A stretch of 64,000 nucleotides of DNA from Podarcis erhardii. Taxonomy: Eukaryota. The stretch is from the NCBI GenBank assembly GCA_964252035.1, contig OZ176209.1; one strand, written 5' to 3'. Below the pieces are notes generated by a model. The model did no database searches. It saw only the letters and a program-made list of their open reading frames with translations, and was not told the DNA's origin. A program made the position numbers and the translations under genes. Each line of letters opens with the position of its first letter. Position 1 is the stretch's first letter. Positions 13,596 to 28,589 of the stretch are shown piece after piece.

Positions 13596-16500
13596 GGAAC
13601 ACTGATTACAATTTTGTAATTTAAAATTCCGAGTGTTATTTCACTAAAAATAATCGAGTGAACATAACAGGAAATTTTAGCAGCAGGTGCTGTTTATGCT
13701 AGAATGGAGGCTGTGATGTTACTTGCTTAACTTGCCAAAAAAATACATGAGACTTTGTACGAGAGGCCAACAAAAGTGAATGTTTATCAGCTCAGAAACC
13801 CAGTTTCTTCTTCCTCTTAGAAAAATGGGGTGTGTTCCTAATATTTTTGTCATTTCATAACATTGATTCCCCCCCCCACCATGAACTAAGGGTGTTTGTT
13901 TTGCATGGGTGAGTGGTTCTGTACCTGAACATATATAATGTAACTGGTATGGTTTTTTTTCAGTCTGGCATATCTTGCCATTAATGTCTTTTGGGAGGAT
14001 ATATTGAAATACTTTTTAAATGCTCATACTTCTGGAGCCATGGCAATATGTATGTAATAAATGTTATGGTATAAAGGAGGAAAAGATGGGGTGGGGTGGG
14101 AGAATGGCAGACTTCCCATGCTGTTAGACATTAGTATGGCATGCTGCCGGACCACTTATTCTGGCATTCTTTAATGGAGGTGGTATGTCTGCCAATGTAG
14201 CAATACACCATGTTATGTTATGTTATATCCTGCCATAATGTGTGGTGCTCCATAAATTTGGTGAGTGGGGTATTATGCATGACACAAACATATCAAAGAA
14301 AATGGGTTGTCCCTGCATCAGCACTAATCTACAGGTTTTTAAAAGTATACTGCCCCTCTCCATCCCCACCCCATACTCCCTTGCACATGTAAATCAACTA
14401 GTATCTCTCATACTTGCCAAAATCCAACACAATCCCAATTTGGGCACAGGTATTCCGGCAGTTTCTTACAACCCACTTCCTGCCACTGGGAATTCTTCAA
14501 ATTCCTTTAATAAAAATCTACATCATTCCTAAATACAGTCATCGTTAGAATAATCAGAGGCTAGTTGCACAGAGGAACTATTTTGTTCCAGGATGTTGTC
14601 AGAACAAACATGTATGCCTCATGAGTTTGCTTAGATCAAGCATGGCCGTATCCCTTCTTGTCCAAAAGAGCTGGCAGCCTATATTCATGATTGTACTCCG
14701 TATTGCCCACCTGCTCCCAAATGGGGCTTGTGTTGGTTTCATTCCATCACATCCATCAGATATATGCGCATGAAGCTACCTGAAAGATCGGGCCCTGAAG
14801 TTCCTGGCAACAATAGAAGAGGACCTCAACCCCTCAAGCTTGCATTTTGCATCCTCTCCCATAAGTGCTTCCCTACAATTACATATTGAACATACCAGGT
14901 CTGTCCAAGTGGAAAACGTCCACTCTACTTCTGGACGCTGCTCGAATATGAAGAAAGTAATTAGTGGGACACTAGCTTTGTCCCCCAAGGGCTTATTTCC
15001 AGTTTGTAGCCAAATAGGCTTCCAAGCCATAATTCTGTTCTTAATATTCCCTACACCCTCACCACTGGAAAAGTTGGTTAGGGTTATAACCGCCAGTTAT
15101 AGATCCAGACATATAGCATCATTTTCATTATGGATGGGTTTCCATTTCTGGCACCCATCCAGACAAACTTCAAACTAAACCACCACATTTTAAAAACTTT
15201 TATTTTAAATACTTTGAAGGCCCGCCCTTTCCAGCCTCTGAATGTTACCAAATTCCCTTTATTGTTGACAATAATGTGAATTAGTGTAGAGTACATCTTG
15301 ACAAAATTAGAATATTCTCTATTAGCAAAGTCCAGTTAAAAACAACAAAGCAGTGCTATGAAGATTGAAGATCACTTCACACAACCAGACCAGCTTGGTG
15401 ATAGACCAGTGAGCTAAGGAGGGGCATAGACAAAGGGCACCCCCATAAGCTTCAAATTAAATTGCCCTCCTCCATGATGAGTTGGTGGAGTGAGTGGATC
15501 CAGGTTCAGGTCCGCCCGTGGTAAAGCTTAATACCATACCCAGCTCACATGTCATGCCATCTGCGAAGCTGTGGGGTATGCAACGATTTGACCACATGTC
15601 AGACTGAGCTGGATCCATTTGGTCAGCAAGCCCATCATGCCAATTCAATCATCTGAACTGGGCTCAAGATAAAATCTGTGTTATCAGTTATTCATAATTT
15701 AATTTATTTAACCTATCACAAGTGGTTGTAATGAATACCACAGTTAAGTTCTTGGAAGGTCCGACCTATTCCATACTGAGTTAACTGCATTTCTTTCATC
15801 ACCACATACTAAAAAGCTGAATAATATATATGTAGGTCTCACATAACTTCAGCAAAAAGCCTGAGTATGTATGGACACATCTCAAACATCAAAATCAATA
15901 TATTTCAGCAAACATTTTTGACTCTTTTTAGTCACAATAAAGCATTTTATCAAAGCAGAAACAATGCAACATTTCCTGACATTGTTTTTAATGTTATGTA
16001 TTCATGTTGTGCCATATATATCATCCGCTTATTTGATTGCGGTTATATGTAAATATAAGTGTACATATGTACAGGAGCTAATTACAGCAGCTATATTCAG
16101 GTTGGGGGAAGAGGGTAATTTTTTTATATGTACAGTATTTCCATATTAAGCAAAGGCATGGGGAAGGGGGAATTGACTTATGAGTTGTGGTTTTCCTTGG
16201 TCTGTGGTGTTTGAAGTTGTTTCAGTGGTTGCTTTTGCCAGTTTGGGAAGTTTATCTGGATGTTCTATGTGTGTGCTAAGAAAGGGACTCATGTTGGGGG
16301 AGGTTTGGGGGCTGGTGGCGGGTGGGGAGGAAAAGGGTGTTAATAGTTTCCTTAATTAGAACATGTATTGATAGCTAGAGATTACATGTTTGCGATTATA
16401 TGTTTGAAACACCAGGCTACCCCTTTCCTTAGATTGTCTGTCTTTCTTTTTTCCCCCTCTCTCTCCTCTGAAAACTGTCCCATGTTTCTCTCCCTTCCTT

Positions 16501-17560
16501 TTCCTGGGATGTTAGTAACATCCACCATTTTGATATGTGTGTCTTTCTCTGACATTGTTCAAGGGTCTTCTTCATCCACTTCTTCTGCAAGGAAAAGCCA
16601 TTTTCTAACATCCCTCCTACACAGCAGGTTGTTATTCTGGATCTTCTACGTTAAACCCATGTCAGAGCCTCACTCCCCATGTTCAAATCTGACCATAACC
16701 CCACCTTACTGAAGTGTGTTCAGATATCTTCTGAGGTTTTGTACCTCATTTTTTTGTTCAGACTACTCTGCTTCTTTGGCTGTCACCTCACCCCCTCCGG
16801 CTCTCTTGCTGTGCATGTGTGATTTTGGGCATCTAAAGATGGCATCTCTTTTCCAAGCAGAACCCTTTCATTGTGGGTAGTAAAGCTAGTGTGGTAGACT
16901 GAGTTGAGTGTTAGATTTGTACTTCACATCCTTACTCAGCCATGAAGCTTGCTAGATGGCCTACTCTTGGAGAGATGAAATTGGGATTATCCTAGATATG
17001 CCACCCTGCACTATTTGAAGGAAGGGCAGGATTTTAATTATTTAATATGATTAAAATATAAATAATTGACAGATGTTGTTACCCAGCCACCCACATGCTA
17101 ATAGGTACATTTCTGAAATCACCTGGTATTGCTCTTCAGCTAGTCAGGTAGCGGCAGAGCAGTGTACCATCTGTGATCTCCTTGGAAAAGTTCTTTTGAC
17201 TCTAATAAACAGTTGGCATGATTTGACAATTGAGGCATGGACACAAAGCCTTTTCACCATGCTTTCTTTCATGAGGGTCCTCATAAATCCCATCAAATGC
17301 ACTTTGTCAGCCTTCATTTCAACCATCTAACATTGTATTACCTTAAAATTGCCTTCTTATTACAAGAAATCTTGTTCATAAGTCTTTATATGGTTGGTTG
17401 CTCATCGTTATGTCCTCTCTAATTTTCTCAACACCCTTTTGTAAAAGTGCAAAATAAAATCAAAAGTATATCTAGTACGCTTACCCTCCCCTGTTCCCTC
17501 TTGCTACTGCCCTTGTTGTCTAACATCAGCCCTTTTGACACCCTGATCTTGTTATCCAAA

Positions 17561-17760
17561 AACACAAGGCGAGCCTGCTGGATCAGGCCAGTGGCCCAGC
17601 TAGTCCAGCATCTCACAGGGGCCAATGAGATGCCTATGGGAAGCCTGAAAGCAGGACTTGACCACAGCAGCCCTCTCCCCACCCTTGATTCCCAGTGGTT
17701 GGTATTCAGACACCTCCTGCCTTCAACAGTGGAGGCAGAACCATGCCAGAATAATGAGTT
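17561..17760 (-). mobile_element. Degenerate CR1-type 3' end fragment
   Basis: AACACAAGGCGAGCCTGCTGGATCAGGCCAGTGGCCCAGCTAGTCCAGCATC matches the recalled reverse-complement 3' end of a reptile CR1 lineage. Confidence 0.65.
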
Positions 17761-20700
17761 CCTCCCACAAAGTGGCCAATGTTCACTCCCCTCTTCACTG
17801 AGCCAGCTTCACTCATATCTCCTTATCCCTTGTGAAGGAAACAGACCTTCTTTTATTTCCAAAGGCTTGGTGTCTGAGGGTTTGATTTCCATTTGGGAGG
17901 TATGGTTTATGCTGAGTACAACCTACCAGAATATTCTCTCGCACAAGCTCCATTGAGCACTCCTTGTGCTGGATTCCACCCATTGTTTGTAGAGAGGTGC
18001 CTCCTCACCCCCCCCCCTCACTGCATTAAGGGATGTTCCTGCGTTACATAATCCTCACCTGCTCCTTTTATTTTGGTCATTTTCAAATGTTCTTAGCATC
18101 AAGTTCATGTGTTTTAGGCTACCAATAGTGGTGTGGAAAACAATGGCCTTAGCATGTTTTCCCTGAGAAAACAAAATAGAAAGAAAGGGCTCGTGGTAGT
18201 TGATGTTTTCTTCAGCAGCTGCAGGTTACCCAAGGAGCTGCCCTCACCCTTCTGTCACATGCAGAATAAGGATATTAATGTTTTGTTTGGCTTTCTGAAC
18301 TGTGTATTGGGGTGGGGATATGGGCGCATGCCAGCCTGACCATCTTTTAAAGTAAAGTGGGGTTCAGGGTAGCCTTTCAGCCCAACAATTTGCCTTTTCA
18401 GTTAAAAGCATCTGGATTTGCATTGTGCCTTTGTATTATTCTTACTGATTTGGAAATAACTTTGCTTAATGATATCTTCCCATGGAAAACTGGTAATTGA
18501 AATCTATTGGTTGACCAGTTCTCTAGCCAGTTAACTAGCTTTATTTGTACTGATTTTTACCATAATGTTATGTAATGCTTATTGTGTGCCTTTCATTTAT
18601 GTAGCAATTTGCAGGTCAATCCAATCTGTTTGTTTTAGTAGCAGCATCTGAAACAATGATTTGCAATCTTCCTAGCTCAAGTTCAATTCTCCCTTTGTAC
18701 AAGCCCCACTCGCAGGGTGCTGCCTAGGGGCAGGGGGAATCTTGCGCCCCTCCCTCTCTCTGGACCATAGAATTACTCTTGTGTGACCTAACTGTTCTAC
18801 AACAAAGGCAGGGGCAACTGCCTTTATAGAGATCACGTCCCAGAATATATACAGGGTTGTGGAACAAGCCATGCCCTTTTATTGACTCTGTGACCCTTCC
18901 ATCTAACCATATGAGCAAATGTGTAAGAACTGGACATGGGGAGTTCTGTTCTGGATAAAGAATGTGTAGAATATCATGAAGAGCCATGACTAAAGCCAGA
19001 GAGGATGCTGATGTTTCTCTCTACTAAGATATAAGCTCCACTTGCATTGTAGTTTGTGAGAGGGAAGCTGAGAGTATATATAGTTTTATCTTAAAGGCAG
19101 GTGTTAGTTTTTGTGATTTGCTGTAAGAGAGCAAAAGTAAAGCCTTGTGGAATGAGTTATTATTTTGCCAAGTATAAAACTGTTTAAAGCTCTTGGTTGG
19201 GGGCTCAATGGGTGTGGCAAAGGACTTTGGCTCCCTCTGAAAGGTTGATTTTACAGCTCAAAAGTCCTGTGTGCACGTGGTGCACATTTGCCACCTGAAT
19301 AAAGTGGACTGAGAGTAGCTTTACAGTGTACATATAGCTAGATTTGTAGACCGGAAGGACTAATGTGTGGCCTATTTTTCTGTGCAATTCATGATAGGCA
19401 GAAGAGATTAAGAACAGATTTGAAGGATTCCTTGCTAGCCAAACATCATTCCATAGAAGTGGGAGAATATGCCCCTCTGCAACTTGGATTCTGTTATTCC
19501 CACAACCCACCAACTCCCTTATGTTCTTAGTGGATGGTGCTGTCAGATGTAGGGCAATGTGTTATTCAGTATGTGGACAGTATGTCACAGATGCCTCTGA
19601 TTGTCACTGGTGACTGCCTATTGCTCTTATGTGCAACATTTCCCCTCCGTGCTGCTTCTGTTTCAGCTATCGGCTGCATCGTCATCCTTGTTAGTGTGCC
19701 AGCCTCTTTTGCTTCGCAGCCAAGGGCTGCACTGTCTGCAGCACAGCGCCTTGCTTTTCTGCCATGCCCTCCTTATTCACAGCCGGGTGCCAGGTGTCTT
19801 TCACTTGGTGCCAAGCTTCTTTCTGCCTTGCTACCAACTGCTGTGGTGCATACATCACTGAGTAACCTCTCATACATCTCAGAGGAAACATTGCTTGGAA
19901 TGCCCTTTGGGTGACTCCTGAGACTATGGCAAACCCATCAACACCCTTTAATTAATTGTTCATACTCTGTTGGTTCAATTTGCACTATTATCATGGCCAC
20001 CTTTACTCTTTAACAGGATGAAATTTAGACTTTGAGCCATAAGCTAAGTCTTGCTAGCTAGCAGATAACTGATTTGGATTTAGGCTAATGTGTTTCTTTG
20101 CTGAATAATGCAATTGCTAAAAGGCGTATTACAGCCAGTACCTGACATCCTGTCTTGTTGCAAGACTCTGGCAGGGTCATTTGGGGAAAGTGGGAAGGTG
20201 CATTTACTGCAATCCTCTCATTTCCCAAAGCCAGTTTGTGGATTGATAGGAGAGCTGTATGGGGGGAGGTCAATCTTCAGCATGAAGCACTGCAGGGACC
20301 AATTTCCCCCCTTTATGCCTAAAAAGAAGCTTTCGGTGGGAATACACATATTGGGAAGGAAGCACCAGGAAAGGGTTGAACCTCCACCCTTCTGCAGCCA
20401 TGATAAAATTCCTCCTTCCCATGGCTGCTTTAAGCCTAAGCAAGAAACACTTGAGAGGTTCAATCATAGGTCTTTGGTATTAAGATGCACCTTAGCCTAG
20501 AGATACAGATGAGAATTGGGAAAAGGAAAGCATAAAGGAGGTATAAGAGGCATGGGAATGACAGGAGCAAAGTCTCCTTATAGTCCATAACATTTCACAG
20601 TCAAATATTTAGTTCCTAGTATAAATCATTGGCTTTGGAAGCCTGACTCAATTACTGTGTTTATTCAAACAGGCAGGCAGGCACACACAAACCACTGTGA

Positions 20701-23700
20701 AATGTGTGTGCATGTTGTATGCATACTTTTAGGTAAGTCAGGGGAGCTCGGGTGGGGGGTAAAGGAGGTGTAGCCTACAATACAATGCTAAGATAGTTTC
20801 CAGTCTGTGTTGTTCAGATGGGAGGCCGTATAATCTGTGTTTGTAATGTGTTTGATGGTAGGACAGTTCTGAGATGTCATTGTTAGAGAGCAGAGCTTTG
20901 CAATATATCTCTCTGGTCTTTTGTGCATCAGAAAGTTGCTGTTCTGTCTCATGCTCTCTCATTTGGGGTGGGGTGGGGGCTTTTCCAATGATTAGGGGGC
21001 AAAAAACCCTGGATCCTATTCTAGTTATATAGCGATGCTAGCCCTGATTCCAGAAGCATCTTCTTCCAAAATCACTGATGAAGGAGGCACCATATTGTGG
21101 GAGTGGGAGACAGCAGTTCTGTTGTTCACAGCTTTCGAAAAGCACAGCTGGAAAGGGTGCAGCCAGCAAAGACGTTTTTAAGGGAAATCACGTAAAACAT
21201 CCTCATTGGCAACATGTGTTTGCCTTACTTACTGAAGTTTTGTTTAGAACTAGTACAGAATGGCTCCACCATCACTGCAGTAGACAGCTGATACAGTGCA
21301 CAGTAAACAAGGGCATTCTATAAAATAAATAGTTGAAAACTGTAAATGCAAGAATGTCACGAGCTGTGGTAGTAAGTGAGCACATTTCTCACTGGTGGTA
21401 TTGCAGGAATTGTGCAGTCATTGCCTACACTGTTTGTGGAAATGCTGCAATAGAGACACTGCTAGAAATGTAGATCCCATATCACGAATGAGTAATGGCA
21501 ACACACTTACACTCCAGTTCTGCGCAGCACTCTGTGCATCCAGAAGCCTAACTGCATATAATATTAACAGTATGATTTACAATCGCATTGCATGCTATTT
21601 TTTTGAAAAAGAATACAGGTGCAGGGATGTGAGTGTCAATAAGATCAGAGTGCACAGGATGAGAAGGGTTAAGCTCTACTCAGATGCAATTTGCATGAAA
21701 TTCCCCTCCCTGCCCAGCACAGCTACTCACATTACATACCAAGCTCCCATTGGCATCAGTGGAGATTCTCCCTCCCCAATGGTAGTTTCTGTGTTGTGGG
21801 GGGCATTTTATGGAGATTGTGCCAAGAGGAGGAAGGATCCTGATAACAGTTGTTTCCGCTGCACTTGATATTTAATTTTTAACAACACACAATGTGATTG
21901 CTAATCACATCATTAATGTAATGTGTAGTTAGGCCCCTAAAGCCACTGAATTTTGTCGGATTAAGCATGTCGAACTTGGTGTAGGACTGGACTGTGAATG
22001 TGCTTTAACAAACTGATCATCTGGAAAGCCTCCTCCCTTTAAAAAACGAACTAGGAAATTTCTAACAAAACTTTCCTAGTGGGAAAAAAGCACTTTGCCA
22101 ACATTTGGCCACTAGTAAAAGAAAAGAAAAATCTCCAGACTGAAATGGAGCTTAATTGATAATTTAAACTGACTAAAATGAATGTTTTGTGTATGTGGAA
22201 TGAATGGTGAGACCAAGTTAGAATGATTCATCTGAAACAAAAGAAATTCTGAAAATGAATGTAACTAAAAATGTAGATTTCCTTCTTTTGTCTGTATTAT
22301 AGAGAGAGAACACAATTTACAATTGACAGAAATAACAATTTCAAGCAACATTTCCCAAAACAGCAAGGAACGTCAGCATGAACCGCATTACTGTATGATT
22401 CTAGGCTTGCTGCTGTTCAAAGACCCAATGCTCTTCTTCATCTTTTCTCTTTTATGGGTTTTCACAGCTTCCCTATCCTTATCCATAATGAATGGCTAAA
22501 TCCACCAGGTTGTCTCATTCAAAATCTAATTTCTGTACATTTACTTCAGCTAGTGCTTCCTTACGGTGTGTGTGTGTGTGTGTGTGCTTGACTGATTGAT
22601 TGATTAATACATAGAATCACTATGATTGATTATATAGAGTACTGTTAATCAAACATGGATTGCTGAGGGTCCTGAATATTATATTGTGCTATTTACTTAT
22701 ATACAGTATTTCTTAGTCATCTTTTTATGTGGGTGGGTGTCATCTCATAATAGGGAATGGAGTGATAGTTGAAAGGATTGGAGGAAGCAGGAGCTATGCA
22801 TATAGGTATTCACATAGTGACTTGTGTAAATCAGAGCCACATTCTCTTTGAATGCATTGTAACATATATTACAGCTCAGTCTTGCCCTTCTCTTCACCTC
22901 CATTGGTCTTTCTTCCAGTGTTTTCTGGAGCTAACATTACTGGGGAAGAGGGGGAAGACAGTTTTCTGAAGCCTATGCAAGTTACCGAGCACATCATATA
23001 CATTCCAAAACTTGGAATGTTGTTCATCTGAAACAGACTGTCAAGTGATGAGACATTTACCACATTTCTTAATCTGCTCAGAAATATTTAGAAACTGTAG
23101 TAATAAAATTCATCACTTGGCAGGATGTTTCAGTTGACTGGCATACCAAGCAATAAATATGTACCTGGTAAGTTACCAATTGGTCCATGAACATCTGTAG
23201 TCACTTATAGGGAGTATGGAATTCATACAGAACAAGATGAAGAGACAGATGAAAACAATATATTATTCCTTAATCTCCCATGTATGTAACCAGATGCATG
23301 CAAGTGGTGTTTGGGTGAACAAGACCCACACTGGAAACCAATTCACTTCAATTTAGGTGGGTAATTGTAAACTTTGGATCAAACAATGCATTTATCACAA
23401 TCAACAACCTCCAAAGTGCCATAAACAGTTCCAAAATATGTCTGTCAAAGAGAATTGACAGTCAAGACTTCTGGTTAGAAGTCCTAGTTAGTTGATCTGT
23501 TGGTTATAGTATAAATAGTCTGTTTTCAGGTTTTAGATTTAAATCTGGTAGAGAAATTTCTATGAAATTCTAGTATGAGAGATGGGAAATTGTGTTTGAA
23601 GTTTTAAAATAATTCACATTTGCCCAGATACCTTTGTCCATAATTCTTGCAGCTTCCTCCAATTGTTTCAGCTATTTTGCATTATGAAATCACACCCATT

Positions 23701-25017
23701 CACAGAGAAGGGCGACTCAGAAATCAGGAGAGAAATAAATGTTCCTCCCTAGTGAAATTCCATTGGCATTCTGTGCCATGTTCTTGTGGGTATCTCCAGC
23801 CACTGGGGAAAACCTGGATTTTCCCAGTCTTTTGGTTAGAGTCAATAAATCCCTCCTGTGTTGAATCTTGTCATCTCATATATTTATTTTTAATGTAAAG
23901 AGAACAAAGATGATGGCAGCAGGAGGATATGTGATGACTGGTAACCCTTGCTGCAAAAAGAAAACTTAGAAATATTTAAAAAAAATACCCTTGAAATATT
24001 TTGGGGGGAAATTGTGAATACTTTTTATAGAAAACCTAATTTTTATGTAGCATGAAAGTCACCAAAATAAATGATCAAGAACAAAAGTTGTGGCGAGAAG
24101 TTTTGTTGATTGAGGGCGGTGATGGGAAAAGGGGAGGTTGTGGGGAAAATGTTTGTGTGGAAGGGAGGGGAGTTGCAATGCATAATGGGGAGTGGGATGG
24201 GGTTAATGGCAGTCATGAATGTTTATGTGTTGTTGAAACATGAAGCACCTTGAAGTAAAGGTCATCTCTTACTAGGGAAGGCAATTGTGGTACTTGTAGG
24301 ACATCCCAGGGGGTGGCTTCCCAGACTGGCACTCGACAATATGTGTACAACCATGGCCTCTGCCAAACTGGGTGCATGAATACTGTACACCATTTTGAGG
24401 CACTTTGGGGCAAAAATTGTCTACAATTTGGGGAAATAATAGGCTGGGATTTGACCAATGCACAGCATATCATGTTGCCACCTTGAGGGGAAATTTCCTG
24501 AGGGAATGCAAATGTTGTTCAGAGAACTTGCTCCCTGCCTGCCCCTGTGGGTTGCTGGCAGTTGTGCATGTCTGCTTCCTGTGGTTTGGGGCCAATGGGT
24601 GATGTGAGAAGGCTGGCTCCTCATTGGTGGCATTCCTTGGAGGTTGGCTGCTTGATTGGTCCACTGCTTTCTCCAAATTATTGTACCGTAATTTTCCTAC
24701 CCCAGGAGCTCCCTGTCAACCACCTCTTCTCCCTGTCAAAGAGAGTTGAGAGATTTAAGGGGATAGGAAGCTGATAGTTTGTCTGCTTGACCCTGCCATG
24801 GAGATGGGTAAAAGGGAGAGGATATTTTCTTCAGGGTTGGGTGGGAGGAAGGAGAGGGGGTAAATATATGGAAATGCAGGTGAAATTCTTTTAGGGAGTG
24901 GATCTCTTCAAGGGGAACAATATGGGTTGGGATCTGTATAGTAAGTTAACTGGTTGGCCTTGTGTAAAGTTGCTGTTGTGATGCAGCAGTATGTAGTGTC
25001 AAAGAAATTGTACTTAA

Positions 25018-25080
25018 GGGCTCAAATCCCACTTCTGCCTTGTATTGGGTGTGTGGCCTTGAACAAATTGATTGTCTCCA
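25018..25080 (+). mobile_element. Ancient MIR/CORE-SINE fragment
   Basis: GGGCTCAAATCCCACTTCTGCC...TGTGTGGCCTTGAACAAAT resembles the MIR B-box plus core (GGGTTCAAATCC...TGTGTGACCTTGGGCAAGT). Confidence 0.45.
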
Positions 25081-25394
25081 ACTGGTCCAGCACTGTTTAC
25101 AGCAGTGGCCTCCCAAATGCCTCTGCAAAATTTATAAGCAGGGCATGAAGGTAATGGCATTGTCTGTTCATTTCTTACGCTTTGCATCCTGTTTCCCTTA
25201 CCTGAATATGTGTTCCAGAAAGTTTTCTCCACCCTCAGTATCTTGATCATATAATCAATCTCATGTGTGACTTGACCTGTGGCTTCAGTTTCTTGAGGAA
25301 TTTGTTCTGCACATGGGGTTCCCAGAATTTCTCTGGATTGTTGATCTGTGTGGGCCTGATATCACTGTATTGCTTGGTGACTGGCAGGAGACTT

Positions 25395-25395
<1 letters not shown>

Positions 25396-25447
<52 letters not shown>

Positions 25448-25448
25448 T
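25396..25448. repeat. (TAT)n microsatellite
   Basis: Direct reading. Confidence 0.95.
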
Positions 25449-28400
25449 AGCATTACCTGACCAGAAGGTAAAATTAAAATTCTTTGGTTTTCCAAAAGCA
25501 TTTTATGTGTTTTCTAATCAAACATAGATTTGCCAAGCTAAATGTTGTCCAATCACAAAAATAATAGCAGATTTGAATTCCTCACACCCCAAAACTTATT
25601 TTCACCGCTCTTCACTGAAGAAATTTGCAGAAATTAAGTTTCACCACCAAACTGACACGCCCAACTGGTGAAATGTGTAAAAGGCAAAGGGTCTGTTTTC
25701 TTTGCATGTAATGCATAAAAAGACCCACTGTTCTCTTCAACTCCTTAAACATGTGAACTCTCATTAGATATTTTGCAAATTCATATGCTGCACTTATCTT
25801 CTATGGTTTAAATTTTGTTTTTTTGTTATTTATTAAATTTATATACTCCCAGAGTCCTTAACATGACCACAGCTTGTAACACAATACATAATACAGACAC
25901 CATCAAGGCTATACAGTATTGGGTTGTGAAAACATTAACATTAAAATTCCACAACCCTGTAACCATTCCATTTTTCCCTTTAAAAACAAATAAACATCTG
26001 AGGAACAATCTGGGAGAGCTGCTTACACGTCTCCCATTCACTTCAGTGGAGTTTGTGCAGGAGAACTTTACTGGAGTGTTGTGCCCCAGTTTTGTTTTTG
26101 ATGTACAACTAGACTTTTAGTTGCATCTGTTTTGGTGTTTACCATCTTGCAAGCATTCCATTAGCAGAAGCATATTTTGAAGCACCAACTAGCACTTGTT
26201 GTGTGGCTTTTGTATTGTGCATCCCTGAGGTTTTTCTGTGTACATATGTTCCCTTGCCCTCTTTAAACCTAGCCCTCAAAGTAATCCCATAATTTCTGGC
26301 GTCCCTCCTGATCTGTCTGATTCCAGAAATAATTTTGATCTTCATATCCAAATGGACCACTGGCCAAGATCTTAATATTGAATCACAGGAAGCAAATCTA
26401 TTCATCCACTCTGCATATACTGCCCAGTTTCTATTAGGCTTTAGTGGTACAGCAAAAATTGGTTGGTAGTTTACTGAAACAGGTTGTCTTATTACTTCAA
26501 AGTAAAACTGGAAATGTGGTAAAACTTCCCCCTTCCATCCATTCTTTAATCAGGTGCAGGGCAGATGATAGGTTCTACTTTACAGAGCACAGCCTTCTAT
26601 ATGAAGGTATCGTTTGTTTGAACGTCTGTCTGGTCCATGTCCATTTTAAAGAGAAAGGAACCTAAGAAGGGAGCACAGCAAAGGCCTTGAAGGAGGGAGA
26701 AAAGGAGGTTGGAAGTTGCCCATCAACAACACTGGGTGGTAGAATCAGCTGGCACACAAGCCAATCTCGTCACAGTCTTTCCCAAATGAGATGTACTGCA
26801 TTTTTGCATAAATTATGGAAATTGTTTCTAAATTTGTATCTCTACATATAAATTAGCATAGGCCAATTTTATGCAGATAAATACCCTTTTCTCCTCTTTT
26901 TTGATCATGCATAAGTGCGCTCTTGCGGTGGTTAGGTAAACCGGGCTCTTTTCCCTAGAATGCCAGCACACAATAAGGGTTTGAATGTTGTTCCAGGTAG
27001 CCTCTATTGAGTTCACTTCTTCCCTTCCCTTATTCTTCTGGGTCGGTAAGATCTTAGACCAAAGAGGAACAGATATCGCCTCTGAGCCGCTGTGTGGAAA
27101 ATCACCTTCCATCACACAAGCAGAAATTCCAGGCATTTTGTGACTTTCTCTGCCCTATCTTAACCGCTAGCTATATATCCCTCCTGTATCCAGAAAAGAA
27201 TGGCTTCCTGGGCTGCTTCCTTATCTGAACTGTTAAGCTGAATGCCATGAAGCATTTTCTGCTGTTCTCTCTGATTAGCCAGCCTTTGCCAAGGAGGTGT
27301 GAAACTGAGGCCTGGACATCAAATCCTCTTGCTCAAGGTTAAGTACGGGCTATGCAATTGCCCTTCAGCAGCTTGCTCTCTTTCTATTAGCTGTGGTGGA
27401 CACTGCAGAATGTTAAGTGAGTTTCTCTGTGTGAGTGGAACTCTCTGAAGATAAGTAATGTGGGAGATTGTGTACGTGTGCCTGCATGCAGAGGGACTGT
27501 GGATAGTTTCAGTACTTTTTTTCAAGGAGAAATTCCCCTTAAAACTCAAGCAAAACCTTCCCTACACAGTGCAAACAATGAGGTTGCCATCTTGGGTGCT
27601 CTAATGCATCTCCCACCCACGGCCAAATCCAACATGCTGGTTTGGGATGTTGTGTCAATTTTTCTGTAATGTCTGTCACTGATGCCCATATAGGCAGCCC
27701 AGGAGAGTGAAGACTGATGCATGTCATAAAAGCAGGTTAATGGGGGTCATGACAACACGTTTGCAAATATCTAACGGTGTGGTTTGAATGAGGGAGAACA
27801 ACTGTCTGACAGCCACTGAGGGGCAGAGGCGAGGTTATTGGTATACAGCACACAGAAGGCTTAGAGTATGGGGTGGGTGGGTCATCATTGCTCTGTCTAT
27901 ACTAGTTTGTGTTACTTTTACTGCTATGATTTCTCCCACGGATTTGTGAGCACTCTTTTTAAGAGATTCCTAACCCCACTCAACTATATTTCCCTGGGGA
28001 AGGAAGGAATGACCATGTTTGGCACAAATATGCCCATTGAGTATTAAGGGCCAACATGTAGTGACAGACCCTGTTTATAAGTAGGTAATTTTCTAAATTA
28101 TTTTGATGTATCTTTGTGTCTACAAAGTTGTGGCCCAAAGGCAAACCTTTCTCTCGTAGCAAACGTGCACTTTCCAGTTTCTATGGTGGCAAAAACAAAT
28201 TATTCCTAAACAGGGAAGTATCAAGCAGCTTTCAACCATGAGAAAGAAAAGCAGTGCTAGATTTCTTTAGATTAAGTCATAATTCAATTGATAGGGACAC
28301 ATTTAAATAATGTGGCAAATTTAAAACAATTCAATCCTTTCTAATCTCATAAAGTCAGACAGCTGAAAAGGGGGATCTCAAAGGGAGGATGCTCGAGGAA

Positions 28401-28505
28401 TTTGGCAGGCTGAAATCTGAAGTGGACTTTGTCTCCGGGACTGATGTGTGGATTAGAACATAGCCCTCTGCAGAATCCAGGCTTCCACCAATTCTATGAG
28501 GTGGT

Positions 28506-28589
28506 CTTCCTTCCCTCCCTCCCTCCCTCCCTCCTTCCTTCCTTCCTTCCTTCCTTCCTTCCTTCCTTCCTTCCTTCCTTCCTTCCTTC
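28506..28589. repeat. (CCCT)n(CCTT)n microsatellite
   Basis: Direct reading. Confidence 0.95.

Noticed and set aside
10676-23156. miR-137 seed matches AGCAATA at 10676, 14199 and 23149
   Set aside because: Three matches in 25 kb of AT-rich sequence is close to chance; not reported without conservation data.
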